Shown here: positions 1-7,529 of the stretch, piece by piece
Layout: each line of letters opens with the position of its first letter
How positions within the stretch are numbered: position 1 is the stretch's first letter
From: an uncultured Thermoleophilia bacterium
GTDB taxonomy: Bacteria; Actinomycetota; Thermoleophilia; UBA2241
Direction of reading: 5' to 3'
Assembly: GCA_963715985.1 (NCBI GenBank)
Contig: CAVQSP010000019.1
Span: 1 to 18,618, forward strand
DNA length: 18,618 nt
Made by a program: the position numbers and the translations under genes
The notes under the pieces: generated by a model
What the model was told of the DNA's origin: nothing
Database searches by the model: none
The model's input: the letters and a program-made list of their open reading frames with translations, nothing else

Positions 1-470
1 TACAGAATGTCAAACCAGTCGGTCTTGAGACGCTTCCGCGACGCGGCAGAGACGCTTCGGCTTCGTCGAGAGTGTCCGCCCACACCTTGGTGGCCAACAC
101 GATGTCCTTGCGATGTGCGCCAGCGCTGTCCTATCACTTCCTCGGACTTGCCGTATTTCGGGGCCGTGTCGACGAAGTTGACCCCGGCCTCGAGCGACTC
201 ACGGACGATCTGCACGCCTTCCTCGAACGGAACATCATCGGCAATACCAAAAGGCGCCGCGCCCACGTCATGATCGTCACATCAACCGCGGTGCGGCCGA
301 GGGTCCGGCGGACCAGCTCGCCGCCCGCCGGAGCGGAGAACCCAGGGGCAGGCGGAAGCACGGAGCCCACGCTGTCGCCCGGTCAAAGCTCCAGCAGCCC
401 GAAGGAATTTGCGGCGGGACACGGGCGATGAGGCAGCGGATTCCTGGTTCATGGGTGGTTGATTCAACAT
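1..470 (-). pseudogene. Aldo/keto reductase with Tat-type signal peptide; several frameshifts (decay or sequencing error), runs off the left edge
   Basis: Stitching minus frames gives ...VSRRKFLRAAGALTG / GELVRRTLGRTAVDVTIMT / VGAAPFGIADDVPFEEGVQIVRESLEAGVNFVDTAPKYGKSEEVIG / RKDIVLATKVWADTLDEAEASL / KRLKTDWFDIL. These are the AKR motifs (RxLGRT, GxNxxDTAxxYGxSE, xxxATK, RLxTDxxDxx). Start could be 470 or 452. Confidence 0.8.
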
Positions 471-778
471 GGAATCGATCCTTAAGACAAATCACGGTTT
501 GATCAACAGTTGAGATGTCAGCTCATTATAACGGAAACCGGATTGCACGGTTCGGCCCGCGCCCAGCCGAGCCGGTTGCGTTGTGCGTAACTTGACTCCT
601 CACCTCCGATTGCGTGATGTGCTCGAAACGCGTTCTGCGCGAGCCTCGGAAAGTCCGGCGGGAAAGGAGAGATGTCCAACCGCCGGGGCTTTTTTTACGA
701 TTATTCGACCCGCAGAATACGCTGCAGGAATAGTCGCTCACCGTCTTTTTCGCCGATTTCGGCGTAATTCGTTGGCCA

Positions 779-1009
779 CCGCCACTTCAATGTCGCCGGG
801 ACACCGCCACTTCCCTTTGCCTGGGACACGACCACTTACTTGTCGCCGGGACACCGCCACTTACTTGTCGCCGGAAAAGGCGCTACGCACAGTTACTTAC
901 TTGTCGCCGGGACACCGCCACTTACTTGTCGCCGGGACAGCGTTACTTACTTGTCGCCGGGACAGCGTTACTTCACTTTGCCCGGGCCAGCGCCATTTCC
1001 CTTTGCCCG
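779..1009. repeat. Tandem array of a 25-bp unit (consensus CCGCCACTTACTTGTCGCCGGGACA), 8 full copies plus one partial
   Basis: Units start at 779, 804, 829, 854, 890, 915, 940, 965 and 990 (partial), with one 11-bp interruption at 879-889. No unique spacers. Confidence 0.9.
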
Positions 1010-1074
1010 CCGTCGGGCTTGCCCGACGGAGGCGGCGCTTGCACCTACCGCCGAACCTGCCCACTCCACCCTTT

Positions 1075-1121
1075 CCCTTCTTTCCACGTCCGCCGCTTTG
1101 CGGCGGACGTGGAAAGAAGGG
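1075..1121. repeat. Perfect 22-bp inverted repeat with 3-nt loop
   Basis: CCCTTCTTTCCACGTCCGCCGC-TTT-GCGGCGGACGTGGAAAGAAGGG. Confidence 0.9.
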
Positions 1122-1299
1122 TTGAGATTCGAGCGTCGCGGGTAGCGGCCAGTCTTCGCTCCCGCCGGACAAGCCCGACGGAGGCGAGCGTGACGTGATT
1201 GCCGTCAATCCAAGTACGAACCACGCAACGCCTGAGCCAAACCTCTTGAAAACACAGCACTTAAAAGCTGCACCACTTCCGAAGGAGGTTGTGCAGACT

Positions 1300-1670
1300 G
1301 TCCGATAGGGGAAAAGACCATCGGCTACAGAACTCGCCACGGGCGGCGCGTCCCCCATCGGCTTGTCCAATGGGGAGTTCAGACGGCAGGTTTCTTGGCA
1401 CTTCGGGTGTCGCCCGGTGCGGAGCGTCCGCGTAAGCTTCGCGGTTTGGGCTTCCCATCGGGCAAGCCGATGGGGGAGCTGGGAGCCAGTATTGGCTTCC
1501 AGGTAGCCGATGATCTTCGGTCCCATCGGCAAGCCGATGGGGGCCGGTCGCATGGGTGCGGAGCGTCGGCGTTCGCTTGATGGCCTGGCTTCCATCGGGC
1601 AAGCCGATGGGGGCTGATCGCGTGGATGCGGAGCGGCGGGGTTAGCGGATGATCTTGCGTCCCATCGGAC
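1300..1670. repeat. Cluster of REP-like palindromes (GTAG-type and CCCATCGG(G)CAAGCCGATGGGG units)
   Basis: Type A GTAGCCGATG..CATCGG at 1300-1328 (reverse), 1503-1529 and 1642-1670 (degenerate). Type B CCATCGG(G)CAAGCCGATGG at 1352-1375 (reverse, degenerate), 1454-1476, 1522-1543 and 1592-1613. Shared linker G(G/A)TGCGGAGCG near 1416, 1555 and 1625. Confidence 0.75.
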
Positions 1671-1844
1671 ACGCTGCACGACTGGGGCGCTTCCCGCTCC
1701 AGCAAACGTCGACATCGGCCTCACCTTCCCGCCCACGGTGTCCAGCAGGATGCGACCGGCGAGTCGGCCGTGGGACCGGCATTGGTGTGCGGGGCGGTTT
1801 TCAGCCCGACCAGAATGTCGCCGGAGTCTGCCAGGCTAACCGGA

Positions 1845-2333
1845 ATGATGTCTCTCCACCGAGCCTTGTTGGGCGGTGCCGCGTCCTGGCTGTTCGCCGC
1901 GTCACCCGCGTTGCCCGCCAACACCAGTGGCTTCTTCCACACCGCACGACGCGGTGGCCGCTGGTGGTTGATCGCCCCGAAGGCGACAGTGTCTACCGCA
2001 CCAGAAACCGGGAAGCCCGTGCTGCTGGCCGATCACCCCGCCGTGATCAGTCACCCCGACGGGCTGCTCAGTCACGATGGCGCCGGCTATGCCAGGATGC
2101 CGGAAACCCTCCGCCAGATTCCCGGCTGCATCGGCTATCATCTCTGTGGCACCTACCCCCGCAACGAGACTCGCCAGCGTGTGCGGAATCATCGAGAAAC
2201 CGGACTCCGAAGCACTGAAATCCATCCAAGAGGCCAACCGGGCTGCCGCGGAGTGGATGGCCCGAGACAGAATGATGGCAACCAGTTCCCGCTGGGACGC
2301 GATGGCGTTTCCAACGTGGAACTCCGTCCTTAG
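1845..2333 (+). pseudogene. Agarase-like glycoside hydrolase remnant (signal peptide, large internal deletion, frameshifts)
   Basis: A signal-peptide-like MMSLHRALLGGAASWLFAASPALPA precedes SGFFHTARRGGRWWLIAP, which resembles the GFF..RWWLxDPEG motif of beta-agarase-like proteins. It is joined almost directly to C-terminal-type TGKPVLLAD...IPGCIGYHLCG. The probable tail EKPDSEALKSIQEAN is in another frame. Confidence 0.55.
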
Positions 2334-2503
2334 ATTGACTTCCATGCGCTTTCCCCGGGTTGACTTGTCAAAGGACGATACCCCAAGTCAGGATGGGCCG
2401 AGCCGTGGAGGGGGCCGACGTTGGGGCCACAGGGACGGAAGAATAGGGCCCTGAAGACTGGATTCGACGCGAAGGGGCCGTCGGCGTGTCAAGCGGAGTG
2501 GGA

Positions 2504-2925
2504 GTGGAGATCGTCGAGGACTTTGCGAGACGTTGGTCGATTGTCGGCGTCTGTATGTCGAAAGCGGACGACGGTGTGCGGTGGACGATCCCGACCTGCT
2601 CACGAAGTCCCCCAGCGCTTTCGTGGAATGGATGGACGATCTGCACCGCGGCTTGCTCGTCAAGATCTACTTCGACGTCGCCTTGGCCGATCAGCGGTGG
2701 CGCCGGTGGGGCGCGAGCTCGCTCAGCGGCTACTGGAACACGTCGGGGACGGCGACTTGCCGGCGAGGAACTGAAAGAGGTTGCCATTGGCCTGTGTGAG
2801 CGTGTGGCGTGTGTGTCGCTTTACAGTCTGATTCGTCCCTTCGCCGAAATCGCTCCGCTGCGTGATCACGTCGCGGAGCTCGAGACCGTTGTGATGCGCA
2901 GTCGCAATTGTGTCGCCAAGGCTGA
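2504..2925 (+). pseudogene. Truncated, frameshifted N-terminal region of a probable planctomycete-type AAA ATPase (SpoVK/CbxX-like)
   Basis: Protein-like text across three frames: MEIVED / LVDCRRLYVESGRRC...FVEWMDDLHRGLLVKIYFDVALADQRW / PVGRELAQRLLEHV / GRRLAGEELKEVAIGL...YSLIRPFAEIAPLRDHVAELETVVMR..CVAKAD. Family assigned from recall only; no Walker motifs are present because the gene is cut. Confidence 0.5.
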
Positions 2926-2980
2926 CCTCGGGGTGCGTGCCGTCGCTCATGTTCGGGTCAGACAGGATATAGCTCGCCAT
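2920..2980 (-). pseudogene. 5' stub of a gene truncated at the ~2925 junction
   Basis: Strong SD GAGGAGG directly upstream of ATG at 2980 (MASYILSDPNMSDGTHPEV...). Beyond ~2920 the frame is antisense to the ATPase-like fragment. Confidence 0.45.
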
Positions 2981-3209
2981 TGATCCTCCTCACCGGGCCG
3001 GGACGTTGGCCCTCATTGTCCATGGGACCGCGCGCAAACGGGCCTCCCCCTTTCGCGTCGCACGACCTGTACACGTGTCGCACACGGTACCCGGGTCGCG
3101 ACGAGGCTAGTCGGGTCGAACGTCGGGTCCCATACCGGGTACACCGGATGCCCGTTCGCAGTCGGCAGTGGATTGTGACGACTGCGGGCACGGGTCTAGC
3201 ATGAGAGCG

Positions 3210-3377
3210 ATGGACGAGCAGCCACACGCCCCGGAGCCCGCGCGGCCGGCAGCCGTGCCCGCCACGCGGTGGGAGGCCCTTCTCTATCGCCTGATGCTCG
3301 TCTGGGGCTTCCTGCTGATAGCGGCCATCATCGTCGGCATCGTCGGCTTCCTCATCCATTTCTTCGCGCTGCAGTAG
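3210..3377 (+). CDS. Small single-pass membrane protein, hypothetical
   Basis: MDEQPHAPEPARP...LMLVWGFLLIAAIIVGIVGFLIHFFALQ; clear hydrophobic helix and GC3-rich codons. Confidence 0.7.
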   Translation: MDEQPHAPEPARPAAVPATRWEALLYRLMLVWGFLLIAAIIVGIVGFLIHFFALQ

Positions 3378-3589
3378 CCGGCGCGCCCGGCTGACCACAC
3401 GCGCTACGCCGGCAGCACGGGCAGACGGCGAAGTGGGATCATGACTGCCACAGGAGGTTTCACGCCACGTCATGCCTCGGGACTCTTCCTGCTCAACGCC
3501 ATTTCGCTCGATGCCCCGGCGGCTCAGACGCATGGGGTGACGAGGGATTGTCACCCGGCGTGACACCCGCTTTCGCGTGACGGCCCGGT

Positions 3590-3916
3590 CTAGTGACCGG
3601 GTCGCCGGCGACAGAGGCCACACGTGCAGGCGTTTGCGTGGCGCCAGCCGTGCTCGATGCCGATGGCGTGCTCGAGGACGGCAGGCGGAAGCGCCGTCGG
3701 ATCGACCCCGGTCTGCAGGGCGTCGCCCCAGTCGTGGATGTCGAAGAGCTCGTCGTCCCAGTAGACCAGCGATTCGCCGTAATCGAAGAAGAAGGCCGGA
3801 AGGCCGCTCTCGCGCACCTGTGCTAGAGACAGCAGCACGGGTGGTCTGACGGCCCGCCAGACGACTTGGTGCAAGTGGGCCCTGCGAGCCTTAGCGTTGT
3901 CCCCCGGCGCGGCCAT
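3590..3916 (-). CDS. Hypothetical protein with C-terminal HxxxCxCxxC putative metal-binding motif
   Basis: Protein-like composition (FFFDYGESLVYWDDELFDIHDWGDAL), ends GWRHANACTCGLCRRRPGH. Start uncertain. Confidence 0.6.
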   Translation of the reverse strand: MAAPGDNAKARRAHLHQVVWRAVRPPVLLSLAQVRESGLPAFFFDYGESLVYWDDELFDIHDWGDALQTGVDPTALPPAVLEHAIGIEHGWRHANACTCGLCRRRPGH

Positions 3917-4382
3917 TGTCCCTGCATTCTGGACCCGCGCGCGAACGGCGTCTATGAGTCGCGCCGTTTCACCGTCCTGGCACCCCGGGGCCTTCAACGT
4001 TGACTCGTGACGGCGCCGCTGCGGAGTGGTCGCCCCAACCGTGCAGAGCCACTACGGCCGGTCGCGATTGCTCCTGCGGCCCGTGCTGCCCCTTGGTCGC
4101 TCCCCTGCGGGCCCCGCCGATCGCTTCTCGCTATCTGGACCAGGGTCTAGACGAATGGCCCTCTCGTCTCCGCAACGTCTTCATACGACAGTGTGAAGTG
4201 AGGGAGGCTCGCCCCTTCCTCGCCGATGGCCCCGGCGATGCTTGCACCGCCGGGGCCGCTTCGCGTGGCCGGCGCATCGGCCGACCGTGGGGCTTCTACA
4301 CGGCCCATTCAGCGCCTCTCAGCCCGCGGCAGGGTAGTCCCAGGCCACCCGCTTCATGCGGGGTGCGTGAGCGGCGATGCAC

Positions 4383-4652
4383 TCACCGGGGCCGTTGTGT
4401 CATGCGTATCGCCTTGAGCGCGGGATTGTCCGCGTCGTCGCTGTCGACCTTCGGTACGACGTGGCGGCCGCGATCCTCAAGCGTGGGCCCGAAGGCGGCG
4501 AGTCCTTTGCTCACGCGCTCTATGCTCGTCTGCGAGAGCATCATGCTCGGGTTGCGCACGAGCTCGCGGTCGGCGCGGCTGGACTCGATCATGACGCCGC
4601 GCTTGTGCAGGTCCCCGTGGGCGGCCTGCGCCAGCTCCCACGCCTGGCAGAC
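4383..4652 (-). pseudogene. Phage terminase small subunit (P27 family-like) remnant, N-terminus missing
   Basis: CQAWELAQAAHGDLHKRGVMIESSRADRELVRNPSM...LAAFGPTLEDRGR fits the P27 TerS pattern (C..a....a...l...G..i......v.NP....fGLTP..R), with GLTP degenerated to GPTL. Confidence 0.65.
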
Positions 4653-4655
4653 CTC

Positions 4656-4775
4656 GACCTGCGTCACAGCTTGGGCACGATCCAGATGGCGGCCGGCGCC
4701 TCACCCAGGGCGGTAGCCGAGGCGATGGGCCGTTCTGACGCCGGTGTCACCCTACGCACCTGCGTGCACGCGGGC
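4656..4775 (+). pseudogene. C-terminal fragment of a tyrosine recombinase/integrase, catalytically degenerate
   Basis: DLRHSLGTIQMAAGASPRAVAEAMGRSDAGVTLRTCVHA matches box II HxLRH...LGH...T..Y, with GH changed to GR and the catalytic Tyr to Cys. It lies next to the tRNA-Met 3' end. Confidence 0.8.
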
Positions 4776-4797
4776 ATTGGGGAGAGGCGGAAGAGAC

Positions 4798-4874
4798 TGG
4801 TAGCGGCGGTAGGACTCGAACCTACGACACGCGGATTATGATTCCGCTGCTCTGACCAGCTGAGCTACGCCGCC
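4798..4874 (-). tRNA. tRNA-Met (CAT), elongator type
   Basis: GGCGGCGTAGCTCAGCTGGTCAGAGCAGCGGAATCATAATCCGCGTGTCGTAGGTTCGAGTCCTACCGCCGCTACCA; anticodon stem GCGGA/TCCGC, loop ATCATAA, encoded CCA; lacks initiator features. Confidence 0.93.
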
Positions 4875-4887
4875 ACGGCGGATGCAT

Positions 4888-4916
4888 AAGGTATCACAGG
4901 CGCATAGGGGGCTCAA
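4888..4916 (-). promoter_or_regulatory. Sigma70-type promoter for tRNA-Met
   Basis: TTGAGC-17 bp-TACCTT on the minus strand, 13 bp upstream of the tRNA. Confidence 0.6.
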
Positions 4917-5024
4917 TCCTGCACCCAAGGCGGTCCGGCGGGCCTCCGCCGCGACCGGCGCGCACCGTCCGCTCCGCCTGTTCGTGCCTTCTTCAGAGGA
5001 CTCCACGAAGGCCTCTTCAGTCGG

Positions 5025-5053
5025 TTGAAAGCCTCACCTCTTTCCTGTAGCCT
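5025..5053 (+). promoter_or_regulatory. Sigma70-type promoter for tRNA-Tyr/tRNA-Thr
   Basis: TTGAAA-17 bp-TAGCCT, 13 bp upstream of tRNA-Tyr. Confidence 0.65.
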
Positions 5054-5066
5054 CTTGCGCGCTCCC

Positions 5067-5150
5067 GGGGGAGTGCCCGAGTGGTTAAGGGGGCGGACTG
5101 TAAATCCGTTGGCGCAGCCTACCCAGGTTCAAATCCTGGCTCCCCCACCA
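5067..5150 (+). tRNA. tRNA-Tyr (GTA)
   Basis: Acceptor stem GGGGGAG/CTCCCCC+ACCA, anticodon arm GCGGA-CTGTAAA-TCCGT, long variable arm, T-loop GGTTCAAATCC. Confidence 0.96.
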
Positions 5151-5154
5151 GCAG

Positions 5155-5230
5155 GCCCGGTTAGCTCAGTCGGCAGAGCACCTCCATGGTAAGGAGGGGG
5201 TCCGCGGTTCGAATCCGCGACCGGGCTCCA
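5155..5230 (+). tRNA. tRNA-Thr (GGT)
   Basis: GCCCGGT/ACCGGGC+TCCA acceptor, anticodon arm CCTCC-ATGGTAA-GGAGG, T-loop GGTTCGAATCC. Confidence 0.96.
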
Positions 5231-5373
5231 GCCTCTTCTCCTCCCCATTCGCGCAGGATCCCCGCCTCCATGGCGCCGAGCACCTGCCGCCCTTCCCCCG
5301 GGTCCTCCGCAGTCGCCCGACCATGTGGGCCTACACCAGGACGCAGCCCCCCCTGAATCAGGTGCGCTCCCAT

Positions 5374-5393
5374 ATTGTGACGGCTTTCGCAAT
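5374..5393. promoter_or_regulatory. Putative Rex operator or CRP/FNR-family binding site upstream of the hydrogenase operon
   Basis: ATTGTGACGGCTTTCGCAAT: 12/14 match to Rex TTGTGAA-N4-TTCACAA and 9/10 to CRP TGTGA-N6-TCACA; AT-rich patch in GC-rich DNA. Confidence 0.5.
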
Positions 5394-5647
5394 CAGGTAG
5401 CCTGTCCCGCACATCCTGTACCAGCGGGCCCGAAAGGAGGAACCTGGCAAGCTTGCACGCTGCGAGCGCATTTCGCTGTGGAGCACACGCATGCCGCCGA
5501 CCTGACACCGCCGCTCACGACGCCAGCGCAGCACGGAATGCGTCTTCGTGCGCCGATTCCCGACGTTCTCACCGCAATGGGCCAGACCGTCCCCACCGGC
5601 CGCTCGCCCGCTGCAGGAGAGAGACGTGCTCAACCTAGCGAGGTCCG

Positions 5648-6676
5648 ATGACTGCCTCATTCATCCGGAGTGACGACTTTGCCGCGTTTGTGACCGCCAT
5701 GATCGAGGCGGGCCCGGTCTACGGACCGGTGGCCAAACGCTCGCGCTTTGCCTTCGAGCGCCTGGAGACGCCGGACGAGCTGCGGCTCGACTACGACGTC
5801 TCCATCCTGCCGCCGAAGAAGCTCTTCTTCCCGCCCACGCAGGACCTGGTCCAGTTCGACGGCAACGGGTTCAGAGCCCCGCTGGAGCCGACCGAGAAGG
5901 TCCTCCTCGGCGTCCACTTCTATGACGTCAAGGCGATCGACCAGACCGACCTCCTCTTCTCGGAGCGCAACTACGACGTCAACTACATGGCCCATCGCCA
6001 GACCACCACCATCGTCGCCTCGAACGTGCAGAACGTCTCCACGCGTGCGTTCTTCGCCACGGTCGGTGCGGACGTGCAGCCCAAGGGCCACGACGCCTTC
6101 ATGACGGCGATCGGCTACGGCTACGTGTTCGAGCCGCTGACCGAGCGCGGCGAGGCATTGCTGGAGCACGGCGCCTTCAATCCGGCCTCCGAGGCGCAGA
6201 TCAAGGAGGCGGCAGACGTGAACGCGGCGGCGCTCGAGCAATGCCCCGAGAAGCTGGAGCACAGCACCGAGGACATCGCCGCCAAGGTGCGCGCCGCCTT
6301 CGGCAACGAAGAGATGTGGGCGACCATGGCTGCCGACTGCTTCTCCTGCGGCACGTGCAACACGATCTGCCCTACCTGCTACTGCTTCGACGTGCAGGAC
6401 ACGTGGAACGTCGACCAGACGTCGGGGCAGCGCACGCGCTACTGGGACGGCTGCCTCACCGAGGACTTCGCCAAGTGCTCGCTCGGCGAGGGCGCCTGCG
6501 AGAACTTCCGTGAAGAACGGGCCTCGCGCTTCCGCCACCGCATGATGCGCAAGGCGACGTACCTGAACGAGAAGCTGGGCGGGCCGGCGTGCGTCGGCTG
6601 CGGCCGCTGCTCGGCCGGCTGCACCGCCGACATCGCCGACCCGGTGCGCATCATTGATCAGATCATGGCCTCGTGA
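5648..6676 (+). CDS. hydB: Group 3b [NiFe] hydrogenase (sulfhydrogenase) beta subunit, 4Fe-4S dicluster protein (AsrA/HydB-like)
   Basis: YGPV, PPKKLFFPP, CFSCGTCNTICPTCYCF, RxRxWDGC, CVGCGRCSAGC; first gene of the operon. Confidence 0.9.
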   Translation: MTASFIRSDDFAAFVTAMIEAGPVYGPVAKRSRFAFERLETPDELRLDYDVSILPPKKLFFPPTQDLVQFDGNGFRAPLEPTEKVLLGVHFYDVKAIDQTDLLFSERNYDVNYMAHRQTTTIVASNVQNVSTRAFFATVGADVQPKGHDAFMTAIGYGYVFEPLTERGEALLEHGAFNPASEAQIKEAADVNAAALEQCPEKLEHSTEDIAAKVRAAFGNEEMWATMAADCFSCGTCNTICPTCYCFDVQDTWNVDQTSGQRTRYWDGCLTEDFAKCSLGEGACENFREERASRFRHRMMRKATYLNEKLGGPACVGCGRCSAGCTADIADPVRIIDQIMAS

Positions 6677-6686
6677 GGAGCGACAG

Positions 6687-7529
6687 ATGAATCACCAGTG
6701 CCACTGGACAGAAGTCGAGAACATCTTTCTGCCTCGTGAGGCCACCATCGTCCGCAGCGCCCAGGTGACTCCGACGGAGACCCACTTCACGCTGCAGATG
6801 GCGGACGGGCAGCCCATGGAGTACGAGCCCGGCCAGATCGTCGAGCTCTCGTTGTTCGGCTACGGCGAGATCCCCATCGGCGTCGCCAGCTCGCCGACGC
6901 GCAAGCACACCTTCGACCTAGTGGTGCGCTCCGTCGGGCGCGTCTCCGGTGCGGTCACCAAGCTGGACAAGGGTCAGTCAGTCTACATTCGCGGCCCGCT
7001 GGGGAAAGGCTTCGACCTCACCAAGCTCCGCGGGCAGGACGTGCTCATCGTGGCGGGCGGCATCGGCCTGTGCCCCACGCGGAGCCTCATCCAGTACATC
7101 CTGGACCGTCGCGACGAGTTCAAGCGCTTCATCCTGTTCTACGGGGCGCGCGAGCCCAAGCTGCAGCTGTTCACGGACGATCTCGAGAAGTGGCGGACGA
7201 CCCACGACGTCGAGTTCTTCGAGACCGTGGATCACGGCGACCCGAGCTGGGCGGGCAACGTCGGCGTCATCACAACGCTGTTCCCCAAGGTCGAGCTGTC
7301 GCAGCACACGCGCGCGGTCATCTGCGGGCCGCCGATCTTCTACCGGTTCGTGGTCCGCGAGCTCGACATGATCGGCATCCCCCGCGACAACGTCTTCGTC
7401 GACCTCGAACGCCGCATGAAGTGCGGCGTGGGCAAGTGCGGCCACTGCCAGATCAATGACAAGTACGTATGTGTCGACGGCCCGGTGTTCTCGTTCGCCG
7501 ACGTCCAGGGTCTTGAGGAGGCGTTCTGA
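6687..7529 (+). CDS. hydG: Group 3b hydrogenase gamma subunit, FAD/NAD(P)-binding 2Fe-2S protein (AsrB/HydG-like)
   Basis: SD GAGGAG before ATG 6687; YEPGQ, RGPLGKGF, AGGIGLCP, CGPP, ERRMKCGVGKCGHC...CVDGPVF. Confidence 0.92.
   Translation: MNHQCHWTEVENIFLPREATIVRSAQVTPTETHFTLQMADGQPMEYEPGQIVELSLFGYGEIPIGVASSPTRKHTFDLVVRSVGRVSGAVTKLDKGQSVYIRGPLGKGFDLTKLRGQDVLIVAGGIGLCPTRSLIQYILDRRDEFKRFILFYGAREPKLQLFTDDLEKWRTTHDVEFFETVDHGDPSWAGNVGVITTLFPKVELSQHTRAVICGPPIFYRFVVRELDMIGIPRDNVFVDLERRMKCGVGKCGHCQINDKYVCVDGPVFSFADVQGLEEAF

Larger units (their letters stand above)
4383..4797. mobile_element. Decayed prophage/integrative-element relic at the tRNA-Met 3' end (left boundary unknown, may extend toward ~2925)
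   Basis: Terminase and integrase fragments adjacent to the tRNA CCA end. Confidence 0.65.

Noticed and set aside
779-1009. CRISPR array
   Set aside because: Units are contiguous with no unique spacers, and there are no cas genes in the window.
1141-1149. GGTAGCGGC as an att duplication of the tRNA-Met 3' end
   Set aside because: Only 9 bp, expected by chance in GC-rich DNA, and on the far side of the suspected junction.
583-1736. ORFs 583-1125, 897-1736 and others over the repeat region
   Set aside because: Their translations merely echo the DNA repeats and palindromes, with no protein motifs.
3555-3600. c-di-GMP-I riboswitch (CGCGAAAGCG on the minus strand)
   Set aside because: Has a GAAA hairpin but lacks the GGCAAAC and GACGCAAA conserved segments.
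4377-4841. Intact 154-aa integrase ORF
   Set aside because: The first two thirds are antisense to the terminase fragment and the end reads into the tRNA; only 4656-4775 is integrase-like.
5444-5460. Sigma54 promoter (TGGCAAGCTTGC)
   Set aside because: GG-to-GC spacing is not the required 10 nt.
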